Of a stretch of 64,000 bases of DNA, positions 48,061-61,181 are shown in pieces. The translations under genes and the position numbers were made by a program. Below the pieces are notes generated by a model. That model saw only the letters and a list, made by a program, of their open reading frames with translations, ran no database searches and was not told the origin of the DNA. The DNA comes from Thermoanaerobaculia bacterium (GTDB taxonomy: Bacteria > Acidobacteriota > Thermoanaerobaculia > UBA5066): NCBI GenBank assembly GCA_963816185.1, contig CAWFJJ010000005.1:32001-96000 (forward strand), written 5' to 3'. Position 1 is the first letter of the stretch; each line of letters begins with the position of its first letter.

Positions 48061-49392
48061 ATGCGGCGGATTCTCCGCGCGGTCGTTCCGGCGGTCGTCC
48101 TCCTCGCGCATGCCGCGTTCGCGCAGGACTCGCTCCTCGGCCCGGACGCCCTCGCCTCCGAGTCCGGGCGCTTCCGCCTCAGGGTGGAGGCGAAGATCAA
48201 CGCGCGCACCTCGGCTTCCGTCGAATTCCCCGTCATGAACACGGGCGCGCCCTTCCCGGTCGTTTTGGAAACCGTCTCGCCGCACACCTCCGCGGAGATC
48301 TCGAACATCATCCTCACGGCCGAGGGCGACTTCACGCCCGACATCTTCGCGAGGGTCGTCATCAACTTCCTCGACCTTTACAACCGCAATCCCTCGTCCA
48401 CTCCGGACCGCATCTTCGTCCGCGAGGCTTACCTGCGGTTCGGGAAGAAGTTCGAAGCTCTGAAGGAGATGCCCGGCACGACCGTCTATCTCGAGCTCGG
48501 AAAGGCGCCGCGCTTCGCGAAGCAGATCGTGCGGCGTCTCGAGACCTACGGCCTGTGGGGCACGGCCGTCAACCGCTTCGAGGAGACAGGGACCGAGGCG
48601 GGCGGCTCGTTCGGCGCGCACGTCTACTGGCGCGCGAGCGCCACCGGCGGGACGCCGCTCTATTTCCGCGACCCGAACGCGCTTGCGGGCGACAACAACA
48701 CGCTCGAGCACACCGCCAGCTACCCGGTGCCGGTCGTCTACGGCTCGGGCATCCCGATCCTCTACGACACGATGGGGACGGACGTGAACTTCTCGGGCCG
48801 CTTCCAGCTCGGCGGCGGGGTCGGGCTGCGCTTCAACTGGGGTGCGGACCGCCGTGACGGCGTCGACGTCCTCGGCTGGCATTTCCGCCGCGATCTCACC
48901 ACGTATGCCCCGATCCGCGGCACGTTCTACTCGGGCGATCTCGAGGTCCTGGAGGGCAACGGCATTCCCCTGCCCTTCAGCGGAACCGAGAAATACGAGT
49001 ACGGTCTGAACCTGGAGGCGCGCTTCGGACCCGTACACCTCTTCGGGCAGGGCGTGAAGCAGTCCATCGCGGGCCTCGGGCGTGAAGGTTACGAGGTCGA
49101 GGCCTCCGTGCGCATCGCGCTCCCGGGCCTCTTCGCGTCGGGCGACCAGCCGGTCGTCAACTGGATCGAGCCCGACGTGCGCGTTTCGTACATCGACAAC
49201 CTCTTCGATCTGCCGGTCGGCTTCGTGGCGCCCTCCTTCGGATGGGACTGGCGCAAGTACGATTACGGCTTCCGGCTCGGCATCGTGCGCGGCCTCGATC
49301 TCACGGCCGAGTACACGCGCAACGAGGTCATCACGCGGAGAGGCCACATCCACCCGGACGAGGGTCTCCTGACGCTCCACGCGGCGTTCTGA
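48061..49392 (+). CDS. Putative outer-membrane beta-barrel protein
   Basis: Signal peptide, amphipathic strands, VREAYLRF, terminal Phe. Confidence 0.65.
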   Translation: MRRILRAVVPAVVLLAHAAFAQDSLLGPDALASESGRFRLRVEAKINARTSASVEFPVMNTGAPFPVVLETVSPHTSAEISNIILTAEGDFTPDIFARVVINFLDLYNRNPSSTPDRIFVREAYLRFGKKFEALKEMPGTTVYLELGKAPRFAKQIVRRLETYGLWGTAVNRFEETGTEAGGSFGAHVYWRASATGGTPLYFRDPNALAGDNNTLEHTASYPVPVVYGSGIPILYDTMGTDVNFSGRFQLGGGVGLRFNWGADRRDGVDVLGWHFRRDLTTYAPIRGTFYSGDLEVLEGNGIPLPFSGTEKYEYGLNLEARFGPVHLFGQGVKQSIAGLGREGYEVEASVRIALPGLFASGDQPVVNWIEPDVRVSYIDNLFDLPVGFVAPSFGWDWRKYDYGFRLGIVRGLDLTAEYTRNEVITRRGHIHPDEGLLTLHAAF

Positions 49393-49393
49393 T

Positions 49394-49975
49394 TCAGAGA
49401 AGGAACGCCTTCGCGAAGAGGCCGAGGCCGATCAGCCCGACGCCCATCGACCCGTACCACACGAGCTTGTTTCGCGTCAGCGCGGCGATGGCTCCGAGCG
49501 CGATCGACACCTGGAAGAGCATGACGGTGATCGAAAAGCCGTGGTGTTCGTGCAGGAGGTGGTCGGCTTCCTTCGACTTCGCATCCCGTTCGTGCTCTTT
49601 CTCCTCGGCTTTCTCCTTGATCTCGGCCTGCTCGTCCTTGTAGCGTTTCTGCTCCTCCGCGAACTTTGCCGGGGCCTCGCGCCCCGCCGCGAGCCACGCC
49701 GTGGCCGAAGCCTCCTGCACCGCGGCCTTCAACCCCTTCGCCTGGTAATAGGCCCACTGGTCCGAGGCCTCGGCCTGCAGTCGCGTGGCTTCCGTCTTCA
49801 GCACGAGCGCCTCGTTCACGGTCGCGCCCGCGCGCAGGGAGGCGATCGCGGCACAAACCGCGAGGAGCGCCGTCGTCAGCGCGATTTGCCTGAGGAAGGA
49901 TCCGCCTTCTTTCTCCATCTCCTCCTGAATCGCCTCGTGCAGTTTTTCGGTCTCGACTTCCGGGCCCTCAGGCAT
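49394..49975 (-). CDS. DUF4337 family membrane protein
   Basis: IALTTALLAVCAAI, ASDQWAYYQAK, LFQVSIALGAIAAL. Confidence 0.85.
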   Translation of the reverse strand: MPEGPEVETEKLHEAIQEEMEKEGGSFLRQIALTTALLAVCAAIASLRAGATVNEALVLKTEATRLQAEASDQWAYYQAKGLKAAVQEASATAWLAAGREAPAKFAEEQKRYKDEQAEIKEKAEEKEHERDAKSKEADHLLHEHHGFSITVMLFQVSIALGAIAALTRNKLVWYGSMGVGLIGLGLFAKAFLL

Positions 49976-50086
49976 CCGATCCTCCTCGCGTGGGGATTCT
50001 GCCTCACGAGCAGCCGGCGAAGCTCCTTCTGGCGCCGATCTTGCGACGTTGGAACCGCGGGGTTTCGATCTCGCAGGATGGTGACC

Positions 50087-50782
50087 ATGCTTGCGAAAAA
50101 AATTACAAACGAAAGGCACGTTTACAACGACGTGGTGAAAGTACCCACTGGCGAAATCGAGCTGCCGGTGGAGATTTCAATTCCCGAGCTTTCGGACGGA
50201 ATCGTGGTGTGCTGCCACGGCAGCCGGAACCGGCGACACGGCTCCGCAAATCGCACGGTGGCCGAAGGCCTGATCCAGGAAGGGATCGGCGCGGCGGTCT
50301 GCAACCTGCTGACGCCCGTCGAGGAGAAGCTCGACGAGCAGATCGCGGGCCCGCGATTCGACATCAAGCAGCTCGCGGGGCGCCTCGTCGACGTCACCGA
50401 CACCCTCTCGAAGGAAGAGGGAACGCGGCATCTGTCGATCGCATACTTCGGCGCGTCGACGGCCGCGGCCGCCGCTCTCGTGGCGGCCGCGGCGCGGCCG
50501 CTCGTGGTGCGCGGGGTCGTGTCGTTCGGCGGGCTGCCCCATCTCGCCGGAACGGCGCTGGCCGACGTCGAGGCTCCTACGCTTCTCCTCGTCGGCGAGC
50601 ACGACTGGCAGATCATGGACGGGAACCGGGAGGCGCTTGCGAGAATCCGCGCGCCGAAGTCGCTCCAGATCGTTCCGGGCGGCACGCATCTGTTTGCCGC
50701 CCCGGACGCTCTCGCCGAAGCCTCTCGTCTCGCTCGCGAATGGTTCCGGCACTACCTGAGCCTCGTCCCCGTGACCGCCTGA
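50087..50782 (+). CDS. Dienelactone-hydrolase-like alpha/beta fold protein
   Basis: HGSR, RFDI..LAGRL, YFGAST, PTLLLVG, VPGGTHLF. Confidence 0.85.
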   Translation: MLAKKITNERHVYNDVVKVPTGEIELPVEISIPELSDGIVVCCHGSRNRRHGSANRTVAEGLIQEGIGAAVCNLLTPVEEKLDEQIAGPRFDIKQLAGRLVDVTDTLSKEEGTRHLSIAYFGASTAAAAALVAAAARPLVVRGVVSFGGLPHLAGTALADVEAPTLLLVGEHDWQIMDGNREALARIRAPKSLQIVPGGTHLFAAPDALAEASRLAREWFRHYLSLVPVTA

Positions 50783-50804
50783 TTCGAAAACGCGCCTCGA
50801 AGGC

Positions 50805-53037
50805 CTACCGGAAGTAGCCGCTGACGTCGACGATCAGGTGCACCGTGCCGAACGGTTGCGCGCAGCGGATGAAGACGGCGTCGTCCGTGCCGATCGACAG
50901 AACGGCGTTGTTCGCGCGCGTCTGGCCGGCTCCGTAGCTGGCGGTCGTCGTGGCGCCGGGGGTGGAGCCCGCCGGAAAGAGGCTCAGGCTGCCCGCCGCC
51001 GTGCCTTGCGTGACGGTGACGTTCGCGACGACGGCGCGAATCCCTGAGGGGATGCCGCACCGGCCTGCGAGCGTGAGGAACCTTTCCGTGTTGGCCACGA
51101 GCGCGGGTCCGCCATACGGCCCGTCGGGGTTTCGCGTATCGGACACCCGGCAGGGCGTGAGCGTGTAGAGGGACGCTCCCGGAATGGGGGCCGGAGGCGC
51201 GACCGTGCCGATCTTGTACGCGCGGAATTGCGTGAACCAGAGATTCCCGTCGGGGCCGGACGTGATCCCGTACGGTCCGCTGTCCGCCGTCGGGATGAGG
51301 AACTCGACGATGCCGCCGGACGTCGTGATGCGCCCGATTCTGTTGTTGTCGTACTCGGTGAACCAGAGGGCGCCGTCGGGACCGGCAGAGATGTCGAAGC
51401 AACGCGTCGTCGACGGCAGGGGGAACTCGGTGAACGCGCCCGCCGGCGTGAGGCGCCCGATCTTGCTGGCGTTCGACTCGGTGAACCAGAGGTTTCCGTC
51501 GGGGCCCGCGACGATTCCCGAGGGACCGGAGGTCGCGGTCGGCGTGGGGTACTCGGTCACGACGCCGGCCGTCGTGATGCGTCCGATCCTGTTGTCGGAG
51601 AATTCCGTGAACCAGAGGGCGCCGTCGGGGCCGGCGGCGATCGTCTGCGGGAGGGTGTTCGCCGAGGGAATGGGGTAATCCCCCGTGAACACTCCGGCCG
51701 TCGTGATGCGTCCGATCCCGTTGCCGGTCGATTCCGTGAACCAGAAAGCGCCGTCCGAGCCCAGGACGATTCCCTCGGGCCCGCCGGCGACGGTGAAGTG
51801 GGTCAACCCTCCCGCCGTCGTCAAGCGTCCGATCTTGTTCGAGCCTGCTTCCGTGAACCAGAGGGCGCCGTCGGGCCCGGAGACTATTCCGTGCGGATTG
51901 GAGACCGAGCCCGCCGCAAACGCCGTGACGCCGCCGCTCGTCGTGATGCGTCCGATGCGGTCTGCTTCCGTGAACCAGAGGGCGCCGTCGGGGCCGGCCG
52001 TGATCTTGTACGGCAGCCCGCTCGTCGGGAGCGGATACTCCGGTCCGGTTTCCGGGGGAGGCGTTTCTCCGATGCGAGGCGCCCGATCTGGCCGGCCTGG
52101 AACTCGGTGAACCAGAGCGCGCCGTCCGGGCCTTTGGCGATCCCCAGGGGTCCGCAGTTCGCCGTCGGAACGAGGAACTCGGTGACGACTCCCGCCGTGG
52201 TGACGCGCGCGATCTTGTCGTCGTCGTACCCGGTGAACCAGAGATTGCCGTCCGGACCCGCCGCGATGTCGAAGCTGCGCGTGACGTCGGGCATCGGAAA
52301 TTCCGTGAAGACGCCCGCGGTCGTGAGGCGTCCGACCTTCTTCGCGCTCGACTCGATGAACCACAGGTTGCCGTCGGAGCCGACGACGATGGCGGCCGGA
52401 CCGGACGCGGGGGTCGGAGTCGGGAACTCGGTCACGACGCCTGCAGTCGTGATGCGCCCGATTCTGCTGCCGGAGAATTCCGTGAACCAGAGCGCTCCGT
52501 CGGGTCCTGTGACGATCCCCTGCGGCAGGCTGTTCGCCGAGGGGATGGGGTAATCCGTGAACCCTCCGGCCGTCGTGAGGCGCCCGATCCTGTTTCCGCT
52601 CGACTCCGTGAACCAGAGAGCGCCGTCCGGCCCCACGGCAATTCCCTGGGGGCCGCCGCCCACGGGGAAATGTGTCAGCCCTCCGGCCGTCGTCAGGCGT
52701 CCGATCCGGTTGGTCGAATCGGTGAACCAGAGCGCGCCGTCGGGCCCGGAGACGATGCCCTGAGGGTTGAAGACGGAGCCGACGGCGTAGTCGGTGGCCA
52801 CGCCGCCCGTCGTGATGCGCCCGATCCGGTCGGTCTCGGTGAACCAGAGCGCGCCGTCCGATCCCGCCGCAATGCGGTTCGGCAGCTTGTTCGCGGGAAG
52901 CGGGAACTCGAGAACGGCGTCCGCGCGCGGCGCGACGGCAAAGACGGCGACGAGAGCAAGAAAAAGAGGCAGAGCCGCCCCGCGACGACGCGGTCGGCTC
53001 TCGAGGAGCCTTCTCCGAGACTCGGCGTCCCGCGCCG

Positions 53038-53041
<4 letters not shown>
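50805..53041 (-). CDS. Secreted tandem Vgb-like (2 x 7-blade) propeller protein with C-terminal PCR-DTR domain; frameshift near 52078
   Basis: 14 G[PS]DG..WF[TI] repeats across two frames; C-terminus PCRVSDTR..VHLIVDVSGYFR. Confidence 0.85.
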
Positions 53042-55175
<2,134 letters not shown>

Positions 55176-55179
<4 letters not shown>

Positions 55180-55640
55180 GTCTTCGTCTCCCCGGCCGCC
55201 CGTCTCACCGCTCTGAGGATTCGCGGGTACGTGCCGCACCGGCAGATGTTGCCCTGGAGAGCGGCGACGATCTCGGCGTCGGCGGGATGCGGCCGGCGCG
55301 CAAGGAGAGCGGCCGCCCCAAGGATCATCCCGGACGTGCAGGACCCGCACTGGAAGGCCTCTTCCTTCAAGACGGCCTCCTGAACGGCGTGGAGGCGCCC
55401 GTTCGCCTCGAGCCCCTCGATCGTCGTGATCTTCCTGCCCGCGGCGTCGGCGGCGGGCGTGAGGCACGAGCGCGCGGGGCGGCCGTCCAGGAGCACGGTG
55501 CAGGCGCCGCACTGTCCTTCGCCGCATCCGTATTTCGTGCCGGTGAGGTCGAGGCGGTCGCGCAGGACGGTGAGGAGGGACTCGCCCGCTGGCGCATCCG
55601 CCGTCCGCTTCGTCCCGTTCACGAGAAGGACCAGCGCCAT
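55176..55640 (-). CDS. [2Fe-2S] subunit (IorA/CoxS-like)
   Basis: GTKYGCGEGQCGACTV, QCGSCT, GNICRCGTY. Confidence 0.95.
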
Positions 55641-55829
55641 TCAGCCTCCGCCGAACCCGTGATTATAGGAGCGGGCCGATGTGCGCTATACTTCCTGTGT
55701 TCGCCCTTTCTCTCGTACTGACGGAGCGGACCGAGACCGAAAGGTCCCCGTCGACCATCTTTCGTTCCTCTCATCACCATCTGCCAGCCGCACGCGTCCC
55801 TCGGACGCCGTGTTCAACAAAGGATCCCC

Positions 55830-56120
<291 letters not shown>

Positions 56121-56147
56121 GTCCCTCGAGAACCAGTTCTTCTCGAC

Positions 56148-56184
56148 CGGCGCCGGAGTGGAGTCACTTCGGCGCCGTTTTTTT
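56148..56184 (+). terminator. Rho-independent terminator
   Basis: cggcgccggagtg-gagt-cacttcggcgccg hairpin followed by a T7 run. Confidence 0.9.
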
Positions 56185-56239
56185 GTTTTCGGGCAAGGCT
56201 CCGTCGGTCGGTCCCGTCGGCCGCGTAACATCGAGCGTC

Positions 56240-56554
56240 ATGTCCGATGCTCAGGCTCGGCGGGCTCGGCTCGAGAGCGCGGCGGCGGAGGTCGTCGACG
56301 TCTTCGAGACGATGGATTACGAGACCTACGCGAAGGCGGCGGGCTTGAGGAACGCGATACGGTCCGGGCTGCCGCCGCCGCCGCAGATCGTCGCCGCCGT
56401 TCACAGGGCGCTCCGGAAGGCGCTCGAAGAGGCGGCGAAGGAGTCGTCGTCGCCCGGGGCAAAGCTCGACGCGGGAGCGACGCGGGCGACGAGGTCGACG
56501 ATTCGCGGCGTCCTCAAGCGGTTCGAGGACGCGTTCATGGCGGGGACGTCATGA
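56240..56554 (+). CDS. Hypothetical helical protein
   Basis: ATGA overlap with the next gene; plausible codon usage. Confidence 0.6.
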   Translation: MSDAQARRARLESAAAEVVDVFETMDYETYAKAAGLRNAIRSGLPPPPQIVAAVHRALRKALEEAAKESSSPGAKLDAGATRATRSTIRGVLKRFEDAFMAGTS

Positions 56555-57177
56555 GCTCCCAGGGCGAGCCCCGCTGGCCGATCCTCCTCACGTTGCTCGC
56601 GCTGGGCGTGCTCAACCTTGCCCTCCCGCCGTCGCTCACGGTCGGCCCCCGGTGGGTGCTCCTCGTCGTGGTCGTCGTCCTGACCGTCCCGACGATGCTC
56701 GCGCATCGCGCGGGTCACACGTCGCTCAGTCGCAGGCTGGGCTATGCCGTGAGCGGAGTCGTGACGGTCGCGCTCGTCGGCTCGCTCGCGCTTCTCATCG
56801 GGGGCCTGCCGAAAAAGAGCGAGACGCCTGCCGAGCTCGCAGAGTCGGCCGCGTGCCTCTGGATCGCGAACGTGCTGGTCTTCGCCCTCTGGTACTGGCG
56901 GCTCGATGCGGGCGGGCCGCACGAGAGGGACGGGCGCGGCGCGCACACCGAGGGCGATTTCTTCTTTCCCCAGATGATGGAGGGGGCACCCTCGGCCACG
57001 GACTGGGCGCCGCGGTTCGTGGACTACCTCTTCATCGCATTCAACAACAGCACGGCCTTTTCTCCGACGGACACGCCTGTTCTCTCTCGCTGGGCGAAGG
57101 TCCTCACGATGCTCCAGTCGCTCATCTCGCTTCTCGTGGTCGCGGTTCTCGCCTCGCGCGCCGTCGGCCTGATCTGA
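56551..57177 (+). CDS. DUF1345-like membrane protein
   Basis: EPRWP, FALWYWRLDAGGP, WAPRFVDYL, TAFSPTD, RWAKVLTMLQS. Confidence 0.85.
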   Translation: MSSQGEPRWPILLTLLALGVLNLALPPSLTVGPRWVLLVVVVVLTVPTMLAHRAGHTSLSRRLGYAVSGVVTVALVGSLALLIGGLPKKSETPAELAESAACLWIANVLVFALWYWRLDAGGPHERDGRGAHTEGDFFFPQMMEGAPSATDWAPRFVDYLFIAFNNSTAFSPTDTPVLSRWAKVLTMLQSLISLLVVAVLASRAVGLI

Positions 57178-57337
57178 GGAATCCGGGCTTTCCCGCTCCT
57201 CCGGACTCGTTTCGGCCCTCCTCCGGAATCCGACCGACCCGCCTCGGGAGTTTTTCCCGCGCGATCCCGGTCCCGTCCCGATTGAGGAAACTCCGCCCGG
57301 GCCCCACATTGTCGGTGTCAGCAGCAAGGAGGGCGTC

Positions 57338-57643
57338 ATGAGAAAAGAACAGAACGAACCCAGAGGCGGAAACAAGGTCGACGGAGGCTTCTACCTGAAC
57401 CGGAAGACGTGGGACCTCGTGACCGTGAACGGAAAGAAGGGTGTCCTCCCCGGCGAGGCGAACGACCTCTATCGAAAAGTTCCGACGCTGGCGATGCTGG
57501 CGGCGGCTCCCGTGCTCGGCGCGACGCTCGTCGTCTTCCTGCCGTTCATCGGCTTCGCGCTCTTCGCCGTGGCGGGCCTCCGCAAGGTGACGGGCCTCGA
57601 CAAAACGACGAAGGCCGCCCAGCACGCGCGCTCGGCTCGCTGA
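57338..57643 (+). CDS. Small membrane protein (paralog 1)
   Basis: SD AAGGAGG; GGFYLN..GVLPG..APVLGATLVVFLPFIG. Confidence 0.8.
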   Translation: MRKEQNEPRGGNKVDGGFYLNRKTWDLVTVNGKKGVLPGEANDLYRKVPTLAMLAAAPVLGATLVVFLPFIGFALFAVAGLRKVTGLDKTTKAAQHARSAR

Positions 57644-57695
57644 GCCCCGGCACACGAGATTCCATCGAAAGAATCGAAGGGAAAAGGAGCGTTCC

Positions 57696-57992
57696 ATGAA
57701 ACGGTTCGAAGGCTTGAGCAGGGTCCCGGGCGGCTTCTATTTCAACCAGAAGAGCTGGGATCTCGTGACGGTGAGCGGGAAGGCCGGCGTCCTGCCCGGG
57801 ACGACCTCCGACCATTTCCTCAGGGTGCCGCTTTTCCTCCTGCTCCTCGGGGCGCCCGTGTTCGGCGCGACGCTCGTGATGTTCCTTCCCTTCGTCGGCA
57901 TCGCGCTGTTCCTCCACGCGGTGGTCGGGAAGGCTGCGAAACCGTTCGCGGCCCGGAGGCTCGAGAAGGTGCCGGCGCGCGTGACGCGCTGA
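57696..57992 (+). CDS. Small membrane protein (paralog 2)
   Basis: SD AAGGAG; GGFYFN..GVLPG..APVFGATLVMFLPFVG. Confidence 0.8.
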   Translation: MKRFEGLSRVPGGFYFNQKSWDLVTVSGKAGVLPGTTSDHFLRVPLFLLLLGAPVFGATLVMFLPFVGIALFLHAVVGKAAKPFAARRLEKVPARVTR

Positions 57993-58001
57993 CCCCAGCG
58001 T

Positions 58002-58655
58002 TCAGGCCTGAATGATTCCGCGACGGAGTGCGAAGCGGATGAGCTCGGTCCGCCCATGGACGCCGAGCTTGCCCATGACGTGCTCGCGGTGGGACATCGC
58101 GGTCTTCACGCCGATTCCCAGGAGCTCGGCGATCTCCTTGTTGCTGCGCCCCTCGGCCACGAGCTTCAGGACCTGCTTCTCGCGGTCGGTGAGGGTCTCG
58201 TACGCGTCAACGGTCTCCAGGCCGGCGGCCGCGGCCTCGCGCTCTTCGAGGGCGACGCGCGCGACCTCGGGGGCGAGCACGAGGCCGCCGCGAACGACCG
58301 CGCGAATGGCCGAGGCCAGCTCGGCGCCGGCCGCCTTCTTCAGGACATAGCCCGAAACGCCGATCTTGAGGAAACGCGCGACGTACTCGCGATCCGCGTA
58401 CTGCGTCAGGACGATGATCTTCGTGCGCGGGCAGAGCTTGCGGATCTCGAGCGCGGCCTCGAGGCCTCCCAGGTTCGGCATCGCGATGTCGAGGAGAAGG
58501 ACGTCGGGCAGGAGCTCGACGGAGCGATCGATCGCCTGTCGTCCATCCTCGGCCTCGCCCACGACCTCGATGTCGTCGGCCTTCTGGAGGAGGGCCCGTA
58601 TGCCCTCGCGCATGAGGGCGTGGTCGTCGGCGATCACGACGCGCGTCCTAGGCAT
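58002..58655 (-). CDS. NarL/LuxR-family response regulator
   Basis: IADDH, LLDIAMP, GYVLK, LTDREKQVLKLVAEGRSNKEIA. Confidence 0.95.
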   Translation of the reverse strand: MPRTRVVIADDHALMREGIRALLQKADDIEVVGEAEDGRQAIDRSVELLPDVLLLDIAMPNLGGLEAALEIRKLCPRTKIIVLTQYADREYVARFLKIGVSGYVLKKAAGAELASAIRAVVRGGLVLAPEVARVALEEREAAAAGLETVDAYETLTDREKQVLKLVAEGRSNKEIAELLGIGVKTAMSHREHVMGKLGVHGRTELIRFALRRGIIQA

Positions 58656-60465
58656 GAACGACCTCTTTCGGAATCGGGATCTCGAGCGTGATATGCGCAC
58701 CCTCTCCGGGTGCCGAGTCGAGTCCCATCTTCCCACCGAGGATCTCCACGCGTTCACGCATGCCGAGGAGGCCGAGACCGCGGCCCGTCTCCGACGGCAG
58801 CTCCACGCTCTTCGGGTCGAAGCCCCGGCCGTCGTCCTCGATCTCGATGAGCAGCCGCGTGTCGTCGGCGGCGATCTGCAGGAGGACGTTCTCGGCCTTC
58901 GCGTGGCGGGCGACGTTGAGGAGCGCCTCCTGCACGATCCGGAAGACCGCCGTCGCGACGTCCCGAGGCACGCGACCCTCGACGTCCTCGAACTCGCACC
59001 TCACGGCGATGCCGAGCGGCTCGATGTGACGCGCCGCGTACCAGCGCACCGCGGCCAGGAGGCCGAGGTCGTCGAGAATCGACGGGCGCAGGTCGAAGAT
59101 GACGCGGTGCAGGTCGTCGAGGGCACGTCCGGCCAGGCCCTTGACCTCCTCGAGGCGCGCGCGCGTCCCGCTTTCGGGCAGGTCGCCGAGCGCGCTCTCG
59201 AGGCGGAAAGAGAGGGCCGCGATGGTCTGGCACGTCTCGTCGTGCAGCTCGCGCGCAAGGCGCATGCGCTCGCGTTCCTGCGCGCTCAGGAAGCGCTTGA
59301 GCAATTCGGCGCGCCTCTCGTCGCGGTCCCGCAGCTCGGCGTAGAGGCGTTGAAGCTCCTGGGTGCGCGCGGTGACGCGCGCCTCGAGCTGCTCGTTCGC
59401 TGTCCGGATCTCGTCGAGCGACGCGCCGAGCCTCACGCGCATCGTCTCGAGCGAGCGGCCGAGCCGTCCGACCTCGTCGTCGGGCAGCGGGGGAATGGGC
59501 CGCTCGAGGTCGCCGCTCGTGATGCGCTCGGCTGCGCGAGTGAGGACGAGAAGGGGCCGAAGCACGCTGCGCGCGGCACCCCACGTGAAGAACGCCGCGA
59601 GCGCGAGAAAGACGGGCGTCAGGGCGAGCATCCGCCGGCGAAACAGATACGCGGGCGCGAACGCGTCGGCCGCGCGTTCGCGCACGACGACTCCCCACGG
59701 AAACAGGCGAAGAGGCGCGAAGGCGACGACGTCGTCTCCGGCGCGCCCGGCGAACGGCCGCTGGTCACGGAGGAGCGGCCGGAGGAACTCCGGGGCGACG
59801 GCCGGCCGCGCCGCGGGACCGGTGTCCGTCGTCGCGACGACCTCGCCTGCGGCGTCGACGAGATCGGTCGCGTGATTCTCGCCCGTCTGCGGGGCCGGAA
59901 GGAGGCTCGCGAAGACCGGGCGTGCGGGATCGAGGCTCGCGCCGGCGATTCCCGTGGTCTTCCCGTCGAGATTCACGAGAGGGACGAAAAGAAAGAGGCG
60001 CCGGGCGCCGTTCGGGAGCGTCGTCAGCGCGGACGCTGCGCGGCGGCCGGTCGCGAGGGCTTCCCGGGCCGCCGGCATCGCGATGAGACGGTCGTCGCGA
60101 TGGCCGCCGGGCGGCTCCTCCCAGAGGATCTCGCCGGCCGGACTCAGAAGAAAGACGCTGGAAAAAAGATGCGAGCGGCGATATGTGGCGAGGAGCGCCG
60201 CCCTGCGGGCGGGGCTGTCGGGCTCGACACCTCCGCCGTAGAGGCCTTCGAGATCGTCACGGATGATCTCCTCGACGTGGTCCACGGCGCCGCGGGCGAG
60301 ACGTTGCTGGTCGCGAATGACGCGGGCGGAGAGGTCATCGAGGGCGTTCATGCTCAGGATTCCGAGGATGACGAGGGGCGCGAGGAGTCCGAGCGCGACG
60401 AGCAGGAGCGCCCGCGCCTGCAGGGCATTTCGGACCCCGAGGCGCGGACGTTGCTCGTCGCTCAC
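58648..60465 (-). CDS. Sensor histidine kinase (Cache-like, HAMP, HisKA_3)
   Basis: [47 protein letters not shown]. Confidence 0.93.
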   Translation of the reverse strand: MSDEQRPRLGVRNALQARALLLVALGLLAPLVILGILSMNALDDLSARVIRDQQRLARGAVDHVEEIIRDDLEGLYGGGVEPDSPARRAALLATYRRSHLFSSVFLLSPAGEILWEEPPGGHRDDRLIAMPAAREALATGRRAASALTTLPNGARRLFLFVPLVNLDGKTTGIAGASLDPARPVFASLLPAPQTGENHATDLVDAAGEVVATTDTGPAARPAVAPEFLRPLLRDQRPFAGRAGDDVVAFAPLRLFPWGVVVRERAADAFAPAYLFRRRMLALTPVFLALAAFFTWGAARSVLRPLLVLTRAAERITSGDLERPIPPLPDDEVGRLGRSLETMRVRLGASLDEIRTANEQLEARVTARTQELQRLYAELRDRDERRAELLKRFLSAQERERMRLARELHDETCQTIAALSFRLESALGDLPESGTRARLEEVKGLAGRALDDLHRVIFDLRPSILDDLGLLAAVRWYAARHIEPLGIAVRCEFEDVEGRVPRDVATAVFRIVQEALLNVARHAKAENVLLQIAADDTRLLIEIEDDGRGFDPKSVELPSETGRGLGLLGMRERVEILGGKMGLDSAPGEGAHITLEIPIPKEVVHA

Positions 60466-61181
60466 GGCCCTGGCGGTGTTTCCGGAGCGGGCGGCGCGCT
60501 CTCGTGGTGCGCGGGCTCGCCGTAGAGTCGCGCGTACTCGAGCGGGTGCTCGTGCCTGAGCCGTTCCTTGCTGATCTTGCCCGTGAAGATGCTCGCGTCG
60601 TACGGGAAGATGCCGGGTGCGAGGTGGGCATTGTAAATGTGCCACGTGATGACGACGAGGAAGGCCATGAGGCCTTCGTTGCTGTGCGCGACCTTCGAGA
60701 CCGGGATCAGCTCGCCCGGAAAGAAACGTGTCACGAGCATGGGAAAGTAGAGGACGAGGCCGGTCGAGATCATGACGAGGCCGCCGAGGACGAGCCCCCA
60801 GTACTCGAACTTCTGCCGGTAGTCGAACCGGTCGAACTTCGGCTGCGACTCCACCACGCCGAGATCGTAGCGGAGCTGCTGGACGGCGTCCTTGAAGTCC
60901 TGGCGGTTCGGCAGCAGCGTGAGCTTCATCTTCCTCTCGGCCGCGAGGATTGCGGCCGCCCCGAGATGCCACAGCGTCAGGAGCGAGAACACGAGGCCCG
61001 AGGCGCGGTGGACGAAGCGCACGTGGTCGAGCCCTCCGAGAGCGCGGACGATCCCGCGCGCCCAACCCGTCTCGAAGAACTTCTGCGGGAACCCCGTCAG
61101 CGCGAGGAGGACGAATGTCGTCATGACGACGACGTGCTCGAAGCGCTGCCTCTTCGAAAAACGAACGGCGTATTCGGTCAT
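60462..61181 (-). CDS. Cytochrome b subunit (FdnI-like)
   Basis: [41 protein letters not shown]. Confidence 0.9.
   Translation of the reverse strand: MTEYAVRFSKRQRFEHVVVMTTFVLLALTGFPQKFFETGWARGIVRALGGLDHVRFVHRASGLVFSLLTLWHLGAAAILAAERKMKLTLLPNRQDFKDAVQQLRYDLGVVESQPKFDRFDYRQKFEYWGLVLGGLVMISTGLVLYFPMLVTRFFPGELIPVSKVAHSNEGLMAFLVVITWHIYNAHLAPGIFPYDASIFTGKISKERLRHEHPLEYARLYGEPAHHESAPPAPETPPGP

Noticed and set aside
5770-52085. About 7 frame breaks (near 5775, 15830, 25360, 24590, 27030, 39498, 52078) as pseudogenes or programmed frameshifts
   Set aside because: They are isolated indels, several in short G/C runs, in otherwise intact unrelated genes, with no slippery heptamer seen. Long-read assembly error is more likely; read mapping would decide.
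50805-52910. Repeating GTGAACCAGAG..GCC.TC units as a CRISPR array
   Set aside because: They are coding Vgb blade repeats (WFTE) with degenerate third positions, and there are no cas genes.
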